Assembly: GCA_951406725.2 (NCBI GenBank)
Contig: OX597833.1
Location: 37,076,001-37,140,000 of the forward strand
DNA length: 64,000 bases
Direction: 5' to 3'
From: Octopus vulgaris
Lineage: Eukaryota
Part shown: one piece after another, positions 12,396 to 26,573 of the stretch
How positions within the stretch are numbered: position 1 is the stretch's first letter
Layout: every line of letters starts with the position of its first letter
Made by a program: the position numbers and the translations under genes
The notes under the pieces: generated by a model
Databases searched by the model: none
What the model was told of the DNA's origin: nothing
Seen by the model: the letters and a program-made list of their open reading frames with translations, nothing else

Positions 12396-15300
12396 ATATA
12401 TATAAATATGTGTATATATGTATACACACACACATACACACATACTTCATGTTGAACTGTTAGTCCCTACACATTCTTTCCTCTCTCTGTTTTTTTTCAT
12501 TATCTCTCCATGTTTTCCTCTCATATAACAGGTAACTTTGGAAGTATATGTTTGCAATCACGGGTAATATCATAAAACATAGCATACATAACTAATTGTA
12601 ATTTAACTTTTATCAACTTTTTTCATGCTTATACAAAATCATGAAATGAATACTAATTTTCAAAAGAAAAATATTTATTGCCTTAAAATAAAATCAAATA
12701 AAGCAAAACAATGACATATTAATTTTTAATGTGTTCTAGCAGATTCAAACAGGAATATGCTAATCACAGTTATATTTTGTCTACAAAACAACTTCAACTC
12801 ATTATTTATTTGCATAGCTTCTCCCATAAATACTCTGTCATTTACTTCATCTCCTCTTTCTGTCTCTATTTTTCTTTCTCTCATTATGTGTATAGCATTC
12901 TTTTACTCAGTGTGTGGCACTAGCTATTATTGTATAGAGATTCTTATCACCTTTACCAAACTTCTATTTATCATCGACTACTCCTCCACCCTTGATTACC
13001 ATTCACTACATTCACCTCTTGCTCCATCTATAACCATTTCTCAACTCCTCACACATTCTAGTATATGGAAAGCACACTTTGTCACCACCATTTTTATCTT
13101 TCTTTCCAGCTCCACCTCAATTACTGTAACCCACACTTATATAACATGGGGCAGCAAGGTATCTCTTCAATAGCAAGAACCTGTTTCTGATCTGTTTATC
13201 ATATTCTAATCTCTCAAACACCTAACATAATGTTACCTCCCCCTCTATTATATTCACACTCAGTTGAGGTGGCTCTTAAGTCTTGTGAGTTACATGGTGA
13301 TCTCATTAGTACTGGTGCCACATAGAAAGCACCTTGTTAGTAAGAGAGAGCATCCATCCACAGAAAGCATACCAAAGTGGACATTGAGACATTGGAGCAC
13401 AACACATTCCTCCAACTTTCTAAAGGCTTTCTAAAAACTTAAACATCTTTTGGTTTTAATTCTCCTCTGTCTGCTTTAGAATTACACATCTGTACTTCTC
13501 CCCTCTCTTCCATTCTCCACTGTAGTCTAAGCCCCACCCCTCCAACCCCTTTGCACTTCACTCCACCATCTACACCATACCCCTCCTTTGCCTCCACACC
13601 CTTCATACAGCTATTTACCTGCTGTTTTGTAGATTTTACATGCACACTCACACACACACACACACTTTTTGACCATACTTGTCCCCATTTGTGCCCACTT
13701 GTTGCTACTTCTTGACTTCTGCTGATTTAACTTCCGTCTAATACTAACACATTCAGCCATGTTTATACCATTCAGCCACTTTCTTCATCTTTTGTCCATT
13801 CTATCAAAAAAAAAAAAAAAACCCAACAAAATAACAAATAATCACTTTTTTCTCTTCCATTGGCCATTCTCCATTACTTCAGTAACATGTAGACCACACT
13901 CCTATATTCTTGCATCAATGGTATTTCACCTCCTTGGACTTTTATTCCTTCTCCTCAGACTTTTACCATCTTGAACTTTTAATCTCATCTGGGAATTCTT
14001 GGAATTTTACCATCTCAAACACTTAGGATTTCTTTTATTTTGTGTTGGATTTTCAGTTTCTTGAACTTTCAGTCTTTTCCTCTTAACTTCACAGCTACAC
14101 ACCCGAAAAAATGTTTTCCCTCTCCTACATACTGTTCTTTATGTATATACATGCACAAAATGCTGTTTACCTTCAGCTGTTCTACAGTGCTTCATCAATA
14201 CCTTTAATCACATACTGCTAATTTCTCTCCCACTAACTAATGCAACCAAATTAACACACCTCTACACATCTGTATACATTCATGCACCCCACCAACACAC
14301 AGCCTACACTATTTCCCTGTCCTAACTCCCCCATAGAATAATTTTTCTCTCTTATTTTCAGACCTTCTCCTTCCTCTGCATTTTTTTTTTCTTTTTTTTT
14401 TCTTCTCTTATTCTGAATTAAAAAAAAAAAAATTTTTATCACTGCACTCACTATTTCTGACTCCCTATATTTCTCTCTCTTTTCTGATGAAAGACTAACA
14501 TGCAAAATATTACAACACCTCATTTCAACTTTTCAAGCATGTAACTAATACTGTATTCATCATGCTTTGTTCCTTTTGTGTTGTTCTTTCTGTGTGTGTG
14601 TGTGTGTGTCTGCCCATCCTAATGGTTAGAATATTGTGCTTGTGATGATAAGATCCTGGGTTTGATTCGTAAACTAGGTAATGCATTGTCTTTGGGCCAG
14701 GCACTTCATTTTACATTGTTTTGGTTAACTCACCAGGAAAATGAGTACCAACAGTAGCAGTTGGGGGTTAATCTTGTAACAGACTGGCAATTAATTCAGA
14801 AGGGAGGATTGGAAACTCAGATAAGCTGGGGGTAATGAGCCTATAGGCTTGTGACAGACCTCTTTACTTTTTTCACACACACACCCACACATTATGTATG
14901 CTATTGCCCATCATTCCTTTCTCATCTTCACCCCAATAACTCTGTTTCTACCATTATTCTCTTGCTCCTTTCACCTACCTACCTACCTATTGTGGCCTTT
15001 CTGCTATCATCATTCTTTTTTTTTTTTCATTTCCTCCTCAGTCACATTACTTGTACAAAAGTATACTTCTTAGGGTACTGAATGTACACTTACTGTACAA
15101 GACATCTCTTCTGTGCTGGTACCACAACAAAAGACTTTACCCTCTCTCTGAACCATCTGAAGTGATTGGTGTGCAAGATCCTTTTAATTCTGTCTCATTG
15201 TGGACTTCTAATATTAGTGCCATAGAAAATGTATCCTGTACACTAAAGTGGATGACAAACAACTGGAGAAAGGATAGAATTGAGAGATCCCTTTAATCCT

Positions 15301-16163
15301 GTCTCATTGAGGACTTGTCAACTGGTACCACAAGAAAATGCACTCAGTGCACTTGGTAAAGTGGCTGGCAATAGGAAACCAATCTAAAACAACATGTCTG
15401 AACACTAGTCTATGAGTGCAATAGCTCCCAATAAGAAAAAAAATTAATATTGGTATTGATATTGACATTCATATATTAGAAGAGATGGAACACTATTGAT
15501 GCTTTCGTTATAGTGAGATTATTGGGAGAAAACTTTTTAGGCTCTTAGATTTCTTCATTAGTGTCTGTTGATCTGGAGATGATTTATGACTGACTGTCAC
15601 AGTGGAGTTTGGTATTCTGTAAAAAACACTTAGAAGTAGGAAATATGGGACTCTGCTTCCATGCACAAAATAGCAGTGCTTGATTTACTAAAAATAGGGA
15701 ATTCATAAGGTATACTCAGTGTGATCTATGTGTGGACAAAAGATGTAACAGATTCTTAATGAATAAAAACCTTTTGGCAGATGTATATGTTGTTGTGTGA
15801 ATGTGTGTGTATACATACATAGTATTTCCTGTGTGTGAGGTTGCTGCATGACTACTGGTTGTGGAGTTTAGAACTCCATATAGAGTATCATCTAGTTCAC
15901 TTCCAGTAAAGTGGTGAATGTATATGTATATAAATGAGGATAAGATCGTTATCTAAATACCAATCTTATCAGGTGGCCAGCATGGGAATAAAATCTTTCA
16001 AAAGTAATAATTATTATTAAAATTATAATTTAGGGTATTAAAGAGATACTACCATGCTGGAAATAGCAGCCAAAACTTGACTCTAAAACCACATTAAATG
16101 TTCATACAGCACAAGGAGAGAAGACAAAGAGACAAAATAAACTAGCAAAAAAATTACTGGATA

Positions 16164-16222
16164 ATTCCAGATACCGGATTTCTGGCACTACATAAGAAAT
16201 GCTCTGCCTTCATCAGTGGAAT
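16164..16222 (-). ncRNA. Type-I hammerhead ribozyme motif
   Basis: Minus strand ATTCCA-CTGATGA-A-GGCA(17 nt)TGCC-A-GAAA-TCCGGTA-TC-TGGAAT. Confidence 0.6.
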
Positions 16223-16336
16223 ATACTCAGATGGCACATAAATACAAATATATATATATATATAACATACATATACTTACATATATATGCACGTATGCAC
16301 ACGACCAGTATGTTTACATTTGTATATGTAAGTATT

Positions 16337-16380
<44 letters not shown>

Positions 16381-16404
16381 TGTATTTATGTGCTGTCTGA
16401 GTAT

Positions 16405-16463
16405 ATTCCACTGATGAAGGCAGAACATTTCTTGTGCAGAGTCAGAAATCCAGGATCTGGAAT
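16405..16463 (+). ncRNA. Type-I hammerhead ribozyme motif
   Basis: ATTCCA-CTGATGA-A-GGC...GTC-A-GAAA-TCCAGGA-TC-TGGAAT: 6-bp stem I, exact core, near-palindromic stem III, AUC triplet. Confidence 0.65.
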
Positions 16464-16533
16464 TATCCAGTAATTTTTTTGCTAATTTATTTTGTTTCTT
16501 TGTCTTCTCTCCTGGTGCTGTATGAACATTTAA

Positions 16534-16575
<42 letters not shown>

Positions 16576-17664
16576 ATCCAAACATGAAAACACAAAGAGA
16601 AAACACAACAATGCGAGGACGTGGAACAAATATAGTATTATTGGACGCCCAGGAAGGAAGGGAAGAAGGAATGTAATCAGGATTTTAGTGAATCAGGCAC
16701 TTAAATGGTAAGGCATCAGCTGTAGTGGCTTGACACATTATCCATCTGTTATTTTTTTTATTTATCACACATACACACACACACACACTTAATGATTGCC
16801 TCATCTTGTCAGATGATAGTCTTTTCACATTCAAATGATAGTGAATCATCTGTACATTTTGGATTTAAGTGACAAAAGCTTGTACAACACTTTTTTGCCA
16901 CTCTCTCTGCCACCATAGTAGGTTCCAGTGATAAAGTGATAAGCTTCACAAGATGACTGGTACTAATTTTACTGAAAGTTTTACTTCAGAGTATATATAT
17001 ATATATAAACACACACACATGCATATGCACACATATGTTTCAGAAACATATATGCATTGATCTAAAGTTCTTTATCTAAGATTAAAGACACTTCATTCAA
17101 TATTTTTATCTCTAAGATTTCACATTATCTCATATTTTAGATGGAGATGCTTCTCTTGGTCATACTTTTGTTGTTATTGGTCATTAAGGTGTTGATGGTT
17201 GGTCTTGACAGTGGTTGTGTTAGCATTGATCATAGGTGGTGGTGGGGGTGGGGTAGTAGTAGTGATAAAGGTTGATTTAGATAGGTAGGTAGATGAGTGG
17301 GTAGGTAGGTAGGCAGGCAGGGAGGTTGGCAGACAGACAGATAGAAGATAGATAAATCGATGGATGAATAAATACCCACTGTGACCTTAGAAAATATATG
17401 CATACACTAAGCGAAATTTTCCACAGGCTATGAAGAAAGTGTAGTTTTTGAATTATTAAAATTCATCTGAGTTCATTACAGTTCATCTGAGTGAAATTAC
17501 AGACTGTATCTCAAAAATAACATTCCTGTTTTACAATTTTCCTTAGCACAAATCCTGTACCCTAAGGTAGCGCCAGAGAAGTCTCTATTTGTACACACAC
17601 AGCTGCATACACATATATATATGCACATATATCTACACACACAAAGACACACATGTATATGGAT

Positions 17665-18900
17665 GTATCATCATTTGTCTTCCATGGTTTGGAAGGTTTG
17701 ACAGGTACTGGTGAGCCACAGGCCTGCATCATGCTCCAGTGTCAGCTTTGGCATAGTCTCTGTGGCCAGATGTCCTTTCTAATGCCAGCCACTATACAGT
17801 GTGCACAGGGTGGGGTTTTTTCTTCATATCATTGGCACAAACGTAGTTGCCAAATAACTTGCATGATGAGAAAAGAACGAAAAAAGGAAAAGAGCCTTTG
17901 ATTAAGTGGGATAAGAATTTGAGAGAGCGAGAGAGATGTGGGTTTATACCAGGTGTCAGGAGTACAGGTTTCTTGCTATAGCTAAAATACATGGTTATTC
18001 TGCAATATATATGGGTGGGTGGGAGCAGCTGAGAAGATAAGATGGCAGTGATGGGGTGCCAGACAGGATATAGGCAATGGATCAGGAGGAGGTAAGGAGT
18101 TATAAGAATAACAGATGGTTTGAAATGAGGGTAGAAGTGAATGTAGTGAGTGATGAAGAAGAGTGGTGGTGTGGTTTGATTGGAAATATCAGTATTGGTG
18201 GGAAGGGATAAGGTAAGAGGGTAGAAGTGGATCAGATGATACATGAAGAAGTAGTGGATGTTGAATGGTGGGGAGGGAGATGTAGAGATACATAAAAGTA
18301 TCTATAGTGAGTGACTGATACAAGATGTTGAGAATGATAAGTATGAGAGGTATTAAGATGAAATATGACAGGGAAAAGTGGAGATAACTGGAGGCCCAGA
18401 AAAGAGGTGATTGATGAAAATAATGAAGGATTGAAGTGAGAGGAGAGAGGCAGTAACTGGTTGTGCAAAGAGTTATGGTAATATGTGTCAAGGAGAGATG
18501 GAAGTTGGGGAAAGAGAGTAGGAAGATGAAATGTGGGGAATGATCGAAGGAGCAGAATGGGTGTAGGGACAGGGCCTGGTACATACAAGTGTAGATAAAA
18601 TGTTTTTAGAACATCATATTTGCTGTGATGGGTGGGTCTTCTCAAGCACAGAAAATTGCCAATCAGCTTGGTCCTTTGTCATCTCCTCCATGAAACTCAG
18701 CATTTTGAGATCATCCTCGTCTTTGTCAGGTCTGTCTCTTCTACAAGTTTCATCAAAGACTTCTTTATGCAGCTGCCTTCATTCAAATGAATTACATGAT
18801 TGAATCAACACAATCTCCTCTATTGCATACTATATCTGATACCCCTTATGCCTAATTTTTGTTGTACATGCACACTAACATTATACATTTAATGGATCAT
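17665..18900 (-). mobile_element. Old RTE LINE 3' portion (ORF C-terminus, pyrimidine-rich 3' UTR, tail)
   Basis: Minus strand near 18640-18790 reads EDDLKMLSFMEEMTKDQADWQFSVLEKT, RTE C-terminus-like; RTE tail motif at 17665-17810. Confidence 0.6.
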
Positions 18901-19682
18901 ACTAGCTTCATTCCTCTCCAGTCTTCACATGTCCTCTGCATTCAATGCCTGCATCTTATTGCTATGTAGCATTGTTGTTTGTACACAAGCATCTTACAAT
19001 CTGTCTTTATATTTTCTACATGTATGCATGTGTGTTTGTGTTTTTGGGGGTTTTTTTTCCTTTCATCTACATCTTTTCACTGACTGTAAACAACAGTCTG
19101 GCTATCGATACAAGAAATATACTTGCAGTTATCCACAAAAGCATGTCTGGGCTACTTGACATGTATTGACTTGTTGCATGATTTTGTAAAAACCAAAATG
19201 CACATTCACATTATGTCATTTCACAGTTCACCAAGCTATTTGTATGCAACAGTAAGGGCATCCAGCTTTAGAAAATCTGCCTCAACAGATTCCATCTGAC
19301 TCGTGATCATTAAAATGTGGATGTTGATAATGGTGGTGTGTGTGTGTTAAAAGGATGATGATGGCTCTGTGTGTGTGTATCTTATATAACTTATAAAATT
19401 GTAATGGTAGGGTGAGTTATTTTTGGATAAAATGAGAAGGGTGCAAGAGTGTTAGTGTGAGAGAAATGATGTGGCACAGGGAGAGTGAATGATATCAGGA
19501 AAGTGGAAGACACAGTTGTGTAAGCAACAAATATGGAGAGGCAGTGGGATGGTAACATTAATACAGCTGTCATTCACGGATACACACGCATATGCTTTCA
19601 ATCAGTTTAACCAAGCCAAGTCGTAGTAGACAGAAGACAACTTATGAAAACAGTGTTTATGTGTGTGTATGTATGTCACATG

Positions 19683-19892
19683 CTCTTTACTCTTTACTCT
19701 TTTACTTGTTTCAGTCATTTGACTGCGGCCATGCTGGAGCACCGCCTTTAATCGAACAACTCGACCCCGGGACTTATTCTTTTGTAAGCCCAGTACTTAT
19801 TCTATCGGTCTCTTTGCCGAACCGCTAAGTAACGGGGACACAAACACACCAGCATCGGTTGTCAAGCAATGCTAGGGGGACAAACACACACG
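19683..19892 (-). mobile_element. SINE 3' half, family of 1-400
   Basis: Reverse complement of ~195-400, including (GTAAAGA)n-type tail. Confidence 0.85.
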
Positions 19893-20699
19893 CATATATA
19901 TGAATACACATATACTTATGACATAACACACAAATCCTACGACTGTATTTGTGATTAAACCAAACTCGTTCTTTTTTCTCACCCCATCTCTCTCTCGCTC
20001 GCTCTCACACACACACACACACCCGCACACGTTTTTCATATCCTGCTCTTCCTCACTCTGGAGCTTTGCGATGTTACTGTTAATTCTCTGACTCATTAAC
20101 TTAGGCAACATTGGGTATTTCAGCTAGTATACGTATATAAATTTTGGTTGATTGGTTGATTCTCCAGTCACTCTTTATATTATTTATAGAGGAAGAAAGA
20201 GGGAGTAAAAGAGAAATACAGAGAAAATTAGCAGAATAAGTACGAGTGCATATACTAGGCTTGGTGAAAGGAAATAAGTAAAGGAACACTGCATGTGTGC
20301 GCACACACACACACACACACACACAGAGTGAGAGACAAAGCATCATAGAGACAGGGGTGAGGGTGAAGAAATATATAACAAATAGTATTTTTCTTTCAAA
20401 AAAATTAGTATTCATTTCATCATTTTGCATGAGAATCAAGAAATTTTATAAAAGTTAAATTCTGAGTAGTCTGTCTATGATATTATTCATGGTGGCAAAA
20501 ATATACTTCCAAAATTATGTATCATGATGGGTAGGTAAGTAGATTGATTGATTAATTGATTGATTTTTTACTGGGTGTAAGCCAGCTGATTGATAGTTGG
20601 CTGTTAAGCTACATTCAACAAATAATTTCTTCACTTTCCATATTTCATTGAGTATACATAATGTATTGAGTATAACCAGTGATAGAAGACTACTTCAAA

Positions 20700-23300
20700 A
20701 GCCTTGTCCATTATATGTTAGCATGGGTTGAATGAAACTTCTTGAGGCATTATTTTATCCACAGTTGCCCTTCTAATGACTTGTTTGTCTAGTAAGGATT
20801 TCTACTAATTTACAGTACTTTTTATGTGGTACCAACACTGACAGGGTCACCATATACCTTGCAAGACAAAAGACAAAAAATGTAAAATATCCTCAACTGG
20901 GAGGGAGTAGTAGTATTGAGTGTGATGGAATTGTACCTGTTGAGATATTAATGGTATAGAGGGATTGAGATAGGTTCTTGCTGTAGATACATGGATACTC
21001 CAGTTGAACAGTAAAGGAGAGTGAATTAGGAAATAAGATAAGGAGAGCAATAGTGAGAGAGATGAGTTGGGACATGCCCAAGAGGGACTTTGAGGGTAGA
21101 GAGAATAGGTGAACTGATATAAAGGTTTGAACTGAGTGAGTGGGCAGGATAGAGGTGACTGTAGCAAATGATGGAGAGAAACCTAGGAGAGACTTGGGAC
21201 TGGGGATTGCAGTAGATATGTGAGGGTTTTGAGGATGATAGCAGATAAAGTAATGTTGGAGCACAGGGGAGAAGTTGCAGAAAGGAGGTAATTGATGGAG
21301 ACAATAGGCACCTTTTGTTTGTCCATAGCTTGCACTAAGTACACTGAATGGAATTCCTGTTTACACCTTTCCTTCATATTGAGCTGAAGGGGATAGGGTC
21401 CTGTCTGTCTTCTTGCTTGCTAGGACCTTGGTCTTTAAGTTAACTTGAAAGCCCTTCAATTCCAGGTTTAGCTTTTCTAATTCTGTTACAGATTCTGCTA
21501 TGAGAACAAGATCTTCAGCATATAGTAGTTCCTATGGGTAGCCGGTCATAAATTCTTCTGTTATGGCCTGGAAGACAATGGTGAATAGGATAGGGCTGGG
21601 GACTGTACACTAAATTTGCCTATCCCTAGCTTCCTCAGAGACCACCATATCACAGAGTGAAGTACTCTGTCAAAGGTTTTCTCCAGATCAACAAATGCCA
21701 AGTACAATGGCTTATTCTTAGTTAAATACTTTGACTATGAAAATAATATCAGTAGTGATTCTCCCTAGCACAAAGCCAAACTCCATTTCATCTAACCTTA
21801 TTCTGTCCTTAATTAAGTGGGCTATAACTCTCTATGTAACTTTCACCTGACCCAGCAATTTGATGCCTCTGTCTAATGCATCTGCCTTACCCTTGTAGCA
21901 GCTGACTATATACTATATGAGTGACTAGACTGTATCCTACTCTACCAGATATTTTAAGCATCTCAGCAGTGACTCCTGAGGGACCAGAGGATTTCCCTAT
22001 CTTCATATCTTTAATTGCCTTATCTGTCATACTGCTATCAGTTAGAATAGCTGGTCCCTCTGTTGGGTTCACATAGGGGAGACTTCCTTTCTCATTTATT
22101 CGTCACATTTAATAGCCTTTCATAGTAGCTCTTCCGTGCCTCTTTCTTTTGAGAATCACTAAGTGCAAGCATACCATTATCCATCCATACACACATCTCT
22201 CCCTCAACTTAATTTTCTCTGACACACTGTCTAGTAATCCAGAACATCTCAAGCCTCTGATTTTCACACTATAAGACACTGACAAGCCTCTTCCTTTCTG
22301 AGCTTCTACACCATTGACCTCAATGTTGTACCACGATGTCTCCCTTGGTCTAGCATATTTAGTCTGTTTCCCTCAGTAGATAATCCTGTAAAAACTTCCA
22401 GTTGTCCTCCATGTTATATGTCTCTGTCTCTTCCTCCTTCTCATCAAATGCTTCATTAAAAACGTCTCTAAACCTATGCCTATTTGAAGGACCTTTCAGC
22501 TTCCATAACCTCCCTTTCCATGTCGGTTTGTGTCTATGGGTCCTTCTTGCCCTAAGTCTGGAGTCACTGACCACTGACCTGGGAAGGATTTTGCATTCAT
22601 GAACATTAGCCTGTCCCTGTTTCTGGTGAGAATGTAGTCCATCTGGATAATGTGCCCATCAGACTGGTAAGTAATCAAATGGCTGGCAGGCTTCTTGATG
22701 TCAGTATTGCAAACCAGTAAATCATTTGTATCACAAAACGCTAGAATCCTTGTTCCCTCCTCATTTCCAGAACCAAAGCCGTAAGCTCAATACATGCCAG
22801 TCCAACATGTGAATCATATATAGAGATAAATGACACTGTTACACATTAAACAAGACTATTTTGGGTTTAATAATCCTCTTGTGCAGCCTGACTGCCTTAA
22901 TCACTTATCCAACTATTTTTCTGCTGAAAGAATACCTACACTGCTTAACCTGTTGCCATTGCCCACCAAAAAAAATTTGTCTCTATGCTCCTTGCCCGCA
23001 AGCAGTCTGACTGAGGTTCCACTTCATTGTACCTATTGCACACAGTACACATCTACATGCCTCTGCTTGAGCATTTCAACAATATCACCAGACCTACCTG
23101 TCATTGTGCCAACCTTAATTGTGAAAGCTCTAACCTTGTGGACCTGTGAAGCCTGAGAGGGTAGTTGGAGGTGATGTTTTCAGCATCTGAAAAGACATTT
23201 GCAGTTGTTAACTTGGTGGCAGCGAGTCCTTGTGCATATTGAAAGCAGGTATTGGTTGCTGCACGGATTACAATTACAATATCCTTCAGTCTTGTAAAAC
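20700..23300 (-). mobile_element. Decayed RTE-clade LINE (APE endonuclease plus RT)
   Basis: Fragments VGTMTGRSGDIVEML (EN N-terminus), ITYQSDGHIIQMDYIL, KAIKDMKIGKSSGPSGVTAEMLK, LAFVDLEK, LLYAEDL; many stops and frameshifts. Confidence 0.85.
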
Positions 23301-24266
23301 CTTCATGAGTACACAACTACTACTGCAGAGTGGGAGGAAAAAACTTTTGTTATTATTACAAATCCACCAAGTAATTTTCAGCAATGCAGAAGGAGCCAAG
23401 CACACTTTGACAATAAATATTTATTATCATCATCATCATAGTGTAAACATATGTACATATATACACACATTACACATAAGGCACAGACACGAACATACTT
23501 ATATAATATGCAGTCACATATACATACAAATACATGCATGTGGACCCACAGGAGACGCATATACATATATCTACCCATATACCCATGCACTCATATAACA
23601 CTTCAGACTGTTATATTGTCATCTGCAATATCCCTCAACAATATCTATCATTTAATATATTAAAATTGTTTATTATATGTACAACATTATATGGAATGAT
23701 ATAAATTGCATATTTTACAAATTTTTTTCTTTTAAATTGAAAAGGGTGAAAAACAGTCAACTGTGGCAGAATTTGAACTCTGAATGTAAAGACTGCTAAG
23801 CCTTTCACTCAGCATGCTGGCAATTCTACCAGTTCTTGTAATATATAGTTAGCCTTACAACTAACTATATATTACAAGATGTAATGATATCTAACCCAGA
23901 ATCTTCAGTGTTCAAATTTTAGAAAATCAAAACCAGTTTTGACATTAAAACAAAAAAGTTAGCAAGCATTATGATATATCTATTTTGAAACATTTATATA
24001 TTTATTCTGGTAATTCAGAAAGCCAAGTTATTTTTTCAGATTTTCTATAGTTTGCTGGTTACTTTTTCATTATCTATCCCTCCTGAAAGATTACATTAAA
24101 GGTATGCCAGTGTGTATTATACAGGAGATATATTTTTTCTGACATTTCATTGTCCATAAATAGTGATGCATATTATATATAAATGCATATTATATTCAAA
24201 TAAATGTAGTATACATGTGTGTGTATTGTATATCTGTGCGTGAATATGTACATATTTGTGTGTATT

Positions 24267-24308
<42 letters not shown>

Positions 24309-24309
<1 letters not shown>

Positions 24310-26318
24310 TAGCATACATCCCAGCGTTGCCCGGATGTTATGCCCTACATGCACATTGTATTATTTGCTCCTTTCTTATGGGCAGAATTGGCACAGCTGA
24401 TATACAGTTAATTGCATAATGGAAGTTATTGCTTGTTTAAAAGTGAAGGGGGGGGGGTACAATTTGCATGGGTTTGCATGAAAGTGCTTTCTGTTCTTAA
24501 GATGGATCACAAACTATGTTTAGTTTCATTGTATAAATGGGGGTTAATACAATTTTGTCCAGAGATCATGTTTTCAAAATTTTAATTTCCCCCATGCTCA
24601 CCACAATTTCTTAATTTGTAACTTTTACAATTTTTTTTTTTTATCTACGTAGAAAAATACAGAGATTACGAATCTGGGAAATACATATATTTTTTATAAT
24701 TCAATTTTTCTTAAAGAAACACTCAATGCCCCTTCCCCCACCTCACTCACCCATCACCTATTCGCTTTCACTTTTGTCTGATGTTTCCTGCATGTGTAGA
24801 ATTCTACTGAAATAGCAAACTTAAAAAATACCAGATCACCACCAGAAAACCTGACATGCTAGAAACAACAGGTAAATGACGTTATTTCTGAAGAAACTTC
24901 CCCACTTTACAAAAAGCTGAAAGTGAAACATTGAAAGTGGTGATGGATAAAATTCTTGAAGATTCATACTGTTTTTTCTCTATGGATTACCAAGAAAAAG
25001 TATTTGAAAAAAGTAAAAAATAAATTTGGTGTGGAGAGGGAGAAAATTAAAATATTGAGAACATGTTTTGTGGGTGAAATCCTAATATCCTGTATTGCAA
25101 ACATAGGAATTGGAAGAAATTTAGGAAAAAAATAAGGCGAGGGAGCAGAAATGTCACCTCAGACATGCTAGGAAGAAGAGGTAAAGGATAGGATTTCTAG
25201 GAAAACATTCTTTTAAGTTTATATCAAAGATCAGGTTTTTAAATACGCTCATCACAAACACAAGCTACACAATAGAAAAACATCATTTCAATTGGATTTG
25301 AGCTTCAAATTTGCTCATGCACACTGCAAGAAATAACATAATTCGCACAGAAGTTTTACCTAGAGTGTGTGTATGTGTTTGTGTGTGTGTCTGTGTCACA
25401 GGAAGTTATTTTATGGCATTCTTTCATTTGAAGAAGCAAAGTTGTCAACTCAACATATATGGGATCATATGATTGTTCGTTAATTTCTGTAAATTTTTTT
25501 AAATTTCTTTATGCTTTGAAAGAGAGGATAAAGTGAAAAAGTGACATTTGTTTTGAAGTGAGAGGAGAAAGTGAAAGATGGGCATGTGTGTGTGTGTGAG
25601 AGAGAGAGAGAATGAGTGAAGGTGTGTGTTGTGATTTATAAATTTTGAATGTATGTGTAAGTGTCACTCATTTGCTCTCTCTCTCTTTTTCTCATGCACA
25701 CACATTATCTTTCATTCACACATACATAAATAGGTGGAGGTAAAGAATACGTACACCACCCATTTTTGGCATAACCCTAACCCTAAACACCCAGGAGTGC
25801 ATATTCTTTACCTTCGCCCATAAATACATATGCATACATCTTTTTTGTGTGAGAGAGAGAGAGAGAGAGTATGACTGTATTTCCTCATAACATATTGAGT
25901 AATGGATATCTTTTAATGCAGTTTTTTTTGGCCGTGGCTTATTTTAATACAATATTTACATGTACATTTTCATAAATGTTTGTCCGAGTAGAATTCTATG
26001 CATGCATGAAACATCAGACGAAAGTGAAACATTAGAAGCAAATTGAAATATTGTCCAAAAGTGACCTCAAAATTGTGTGACCCACATAGTTGCTGAGGTT
26101 ATTTTAGTTGTAAAAAAGAGTTGTTGAGTGAAAAACGTAGTTTATTTGGTAGATAGATAATAAGCAGCATTATAACTCTCAAAGTTGTCAGTGAATTGTC
26201 ATCCGGATCAGCTGTTTTGTTTGTTAATTTCCGTAAAAATTTTTTTATTTATTTACCTTTGTTTTGAAGTGAAAGCGAGGAGAAAGCAAAAAGTGTATGA
26301 ATGTGTATATGAAGTGGA

Positions 26319-26356
<38 letters not shown>

Positions 26357-26533
26357 TGCCACTTAACACATGCATGAGAAAATACATGTTCACTCTCTTT
26401 CTCTCTCTCTCTCACACACACATGCACATGTACATACAAAAAATATGTATGCATATGTATTGATGTTTGTAGGTATACATGACCACACACCCCTTCAGTT
26501 ACTCTCTCTCTCTCTCTCTCTCTTTCTCCCTTC

Positions 26534-26573
<40 letters not shown>

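Larger units (their letters stand above)
16090..16537. repeat. Palindromic Penelope-like element: ~160-bp inverted arms around a (TA)n-rich spacer, one hammerhead motif per arm
   Basis: 16090-16250 is the imperfect reverse complement of 16378-16537; the ORF track shows mirror ORFs [11 protein letters not shown] / [11 protein letters not shown]. Confidence 0.8.

Noticed and set aside
25771-25790. Telomere-like TAACCC repeats (also near 7000-7070)
   Set aside because: Only about two units, embedded in transposon-like sequence.
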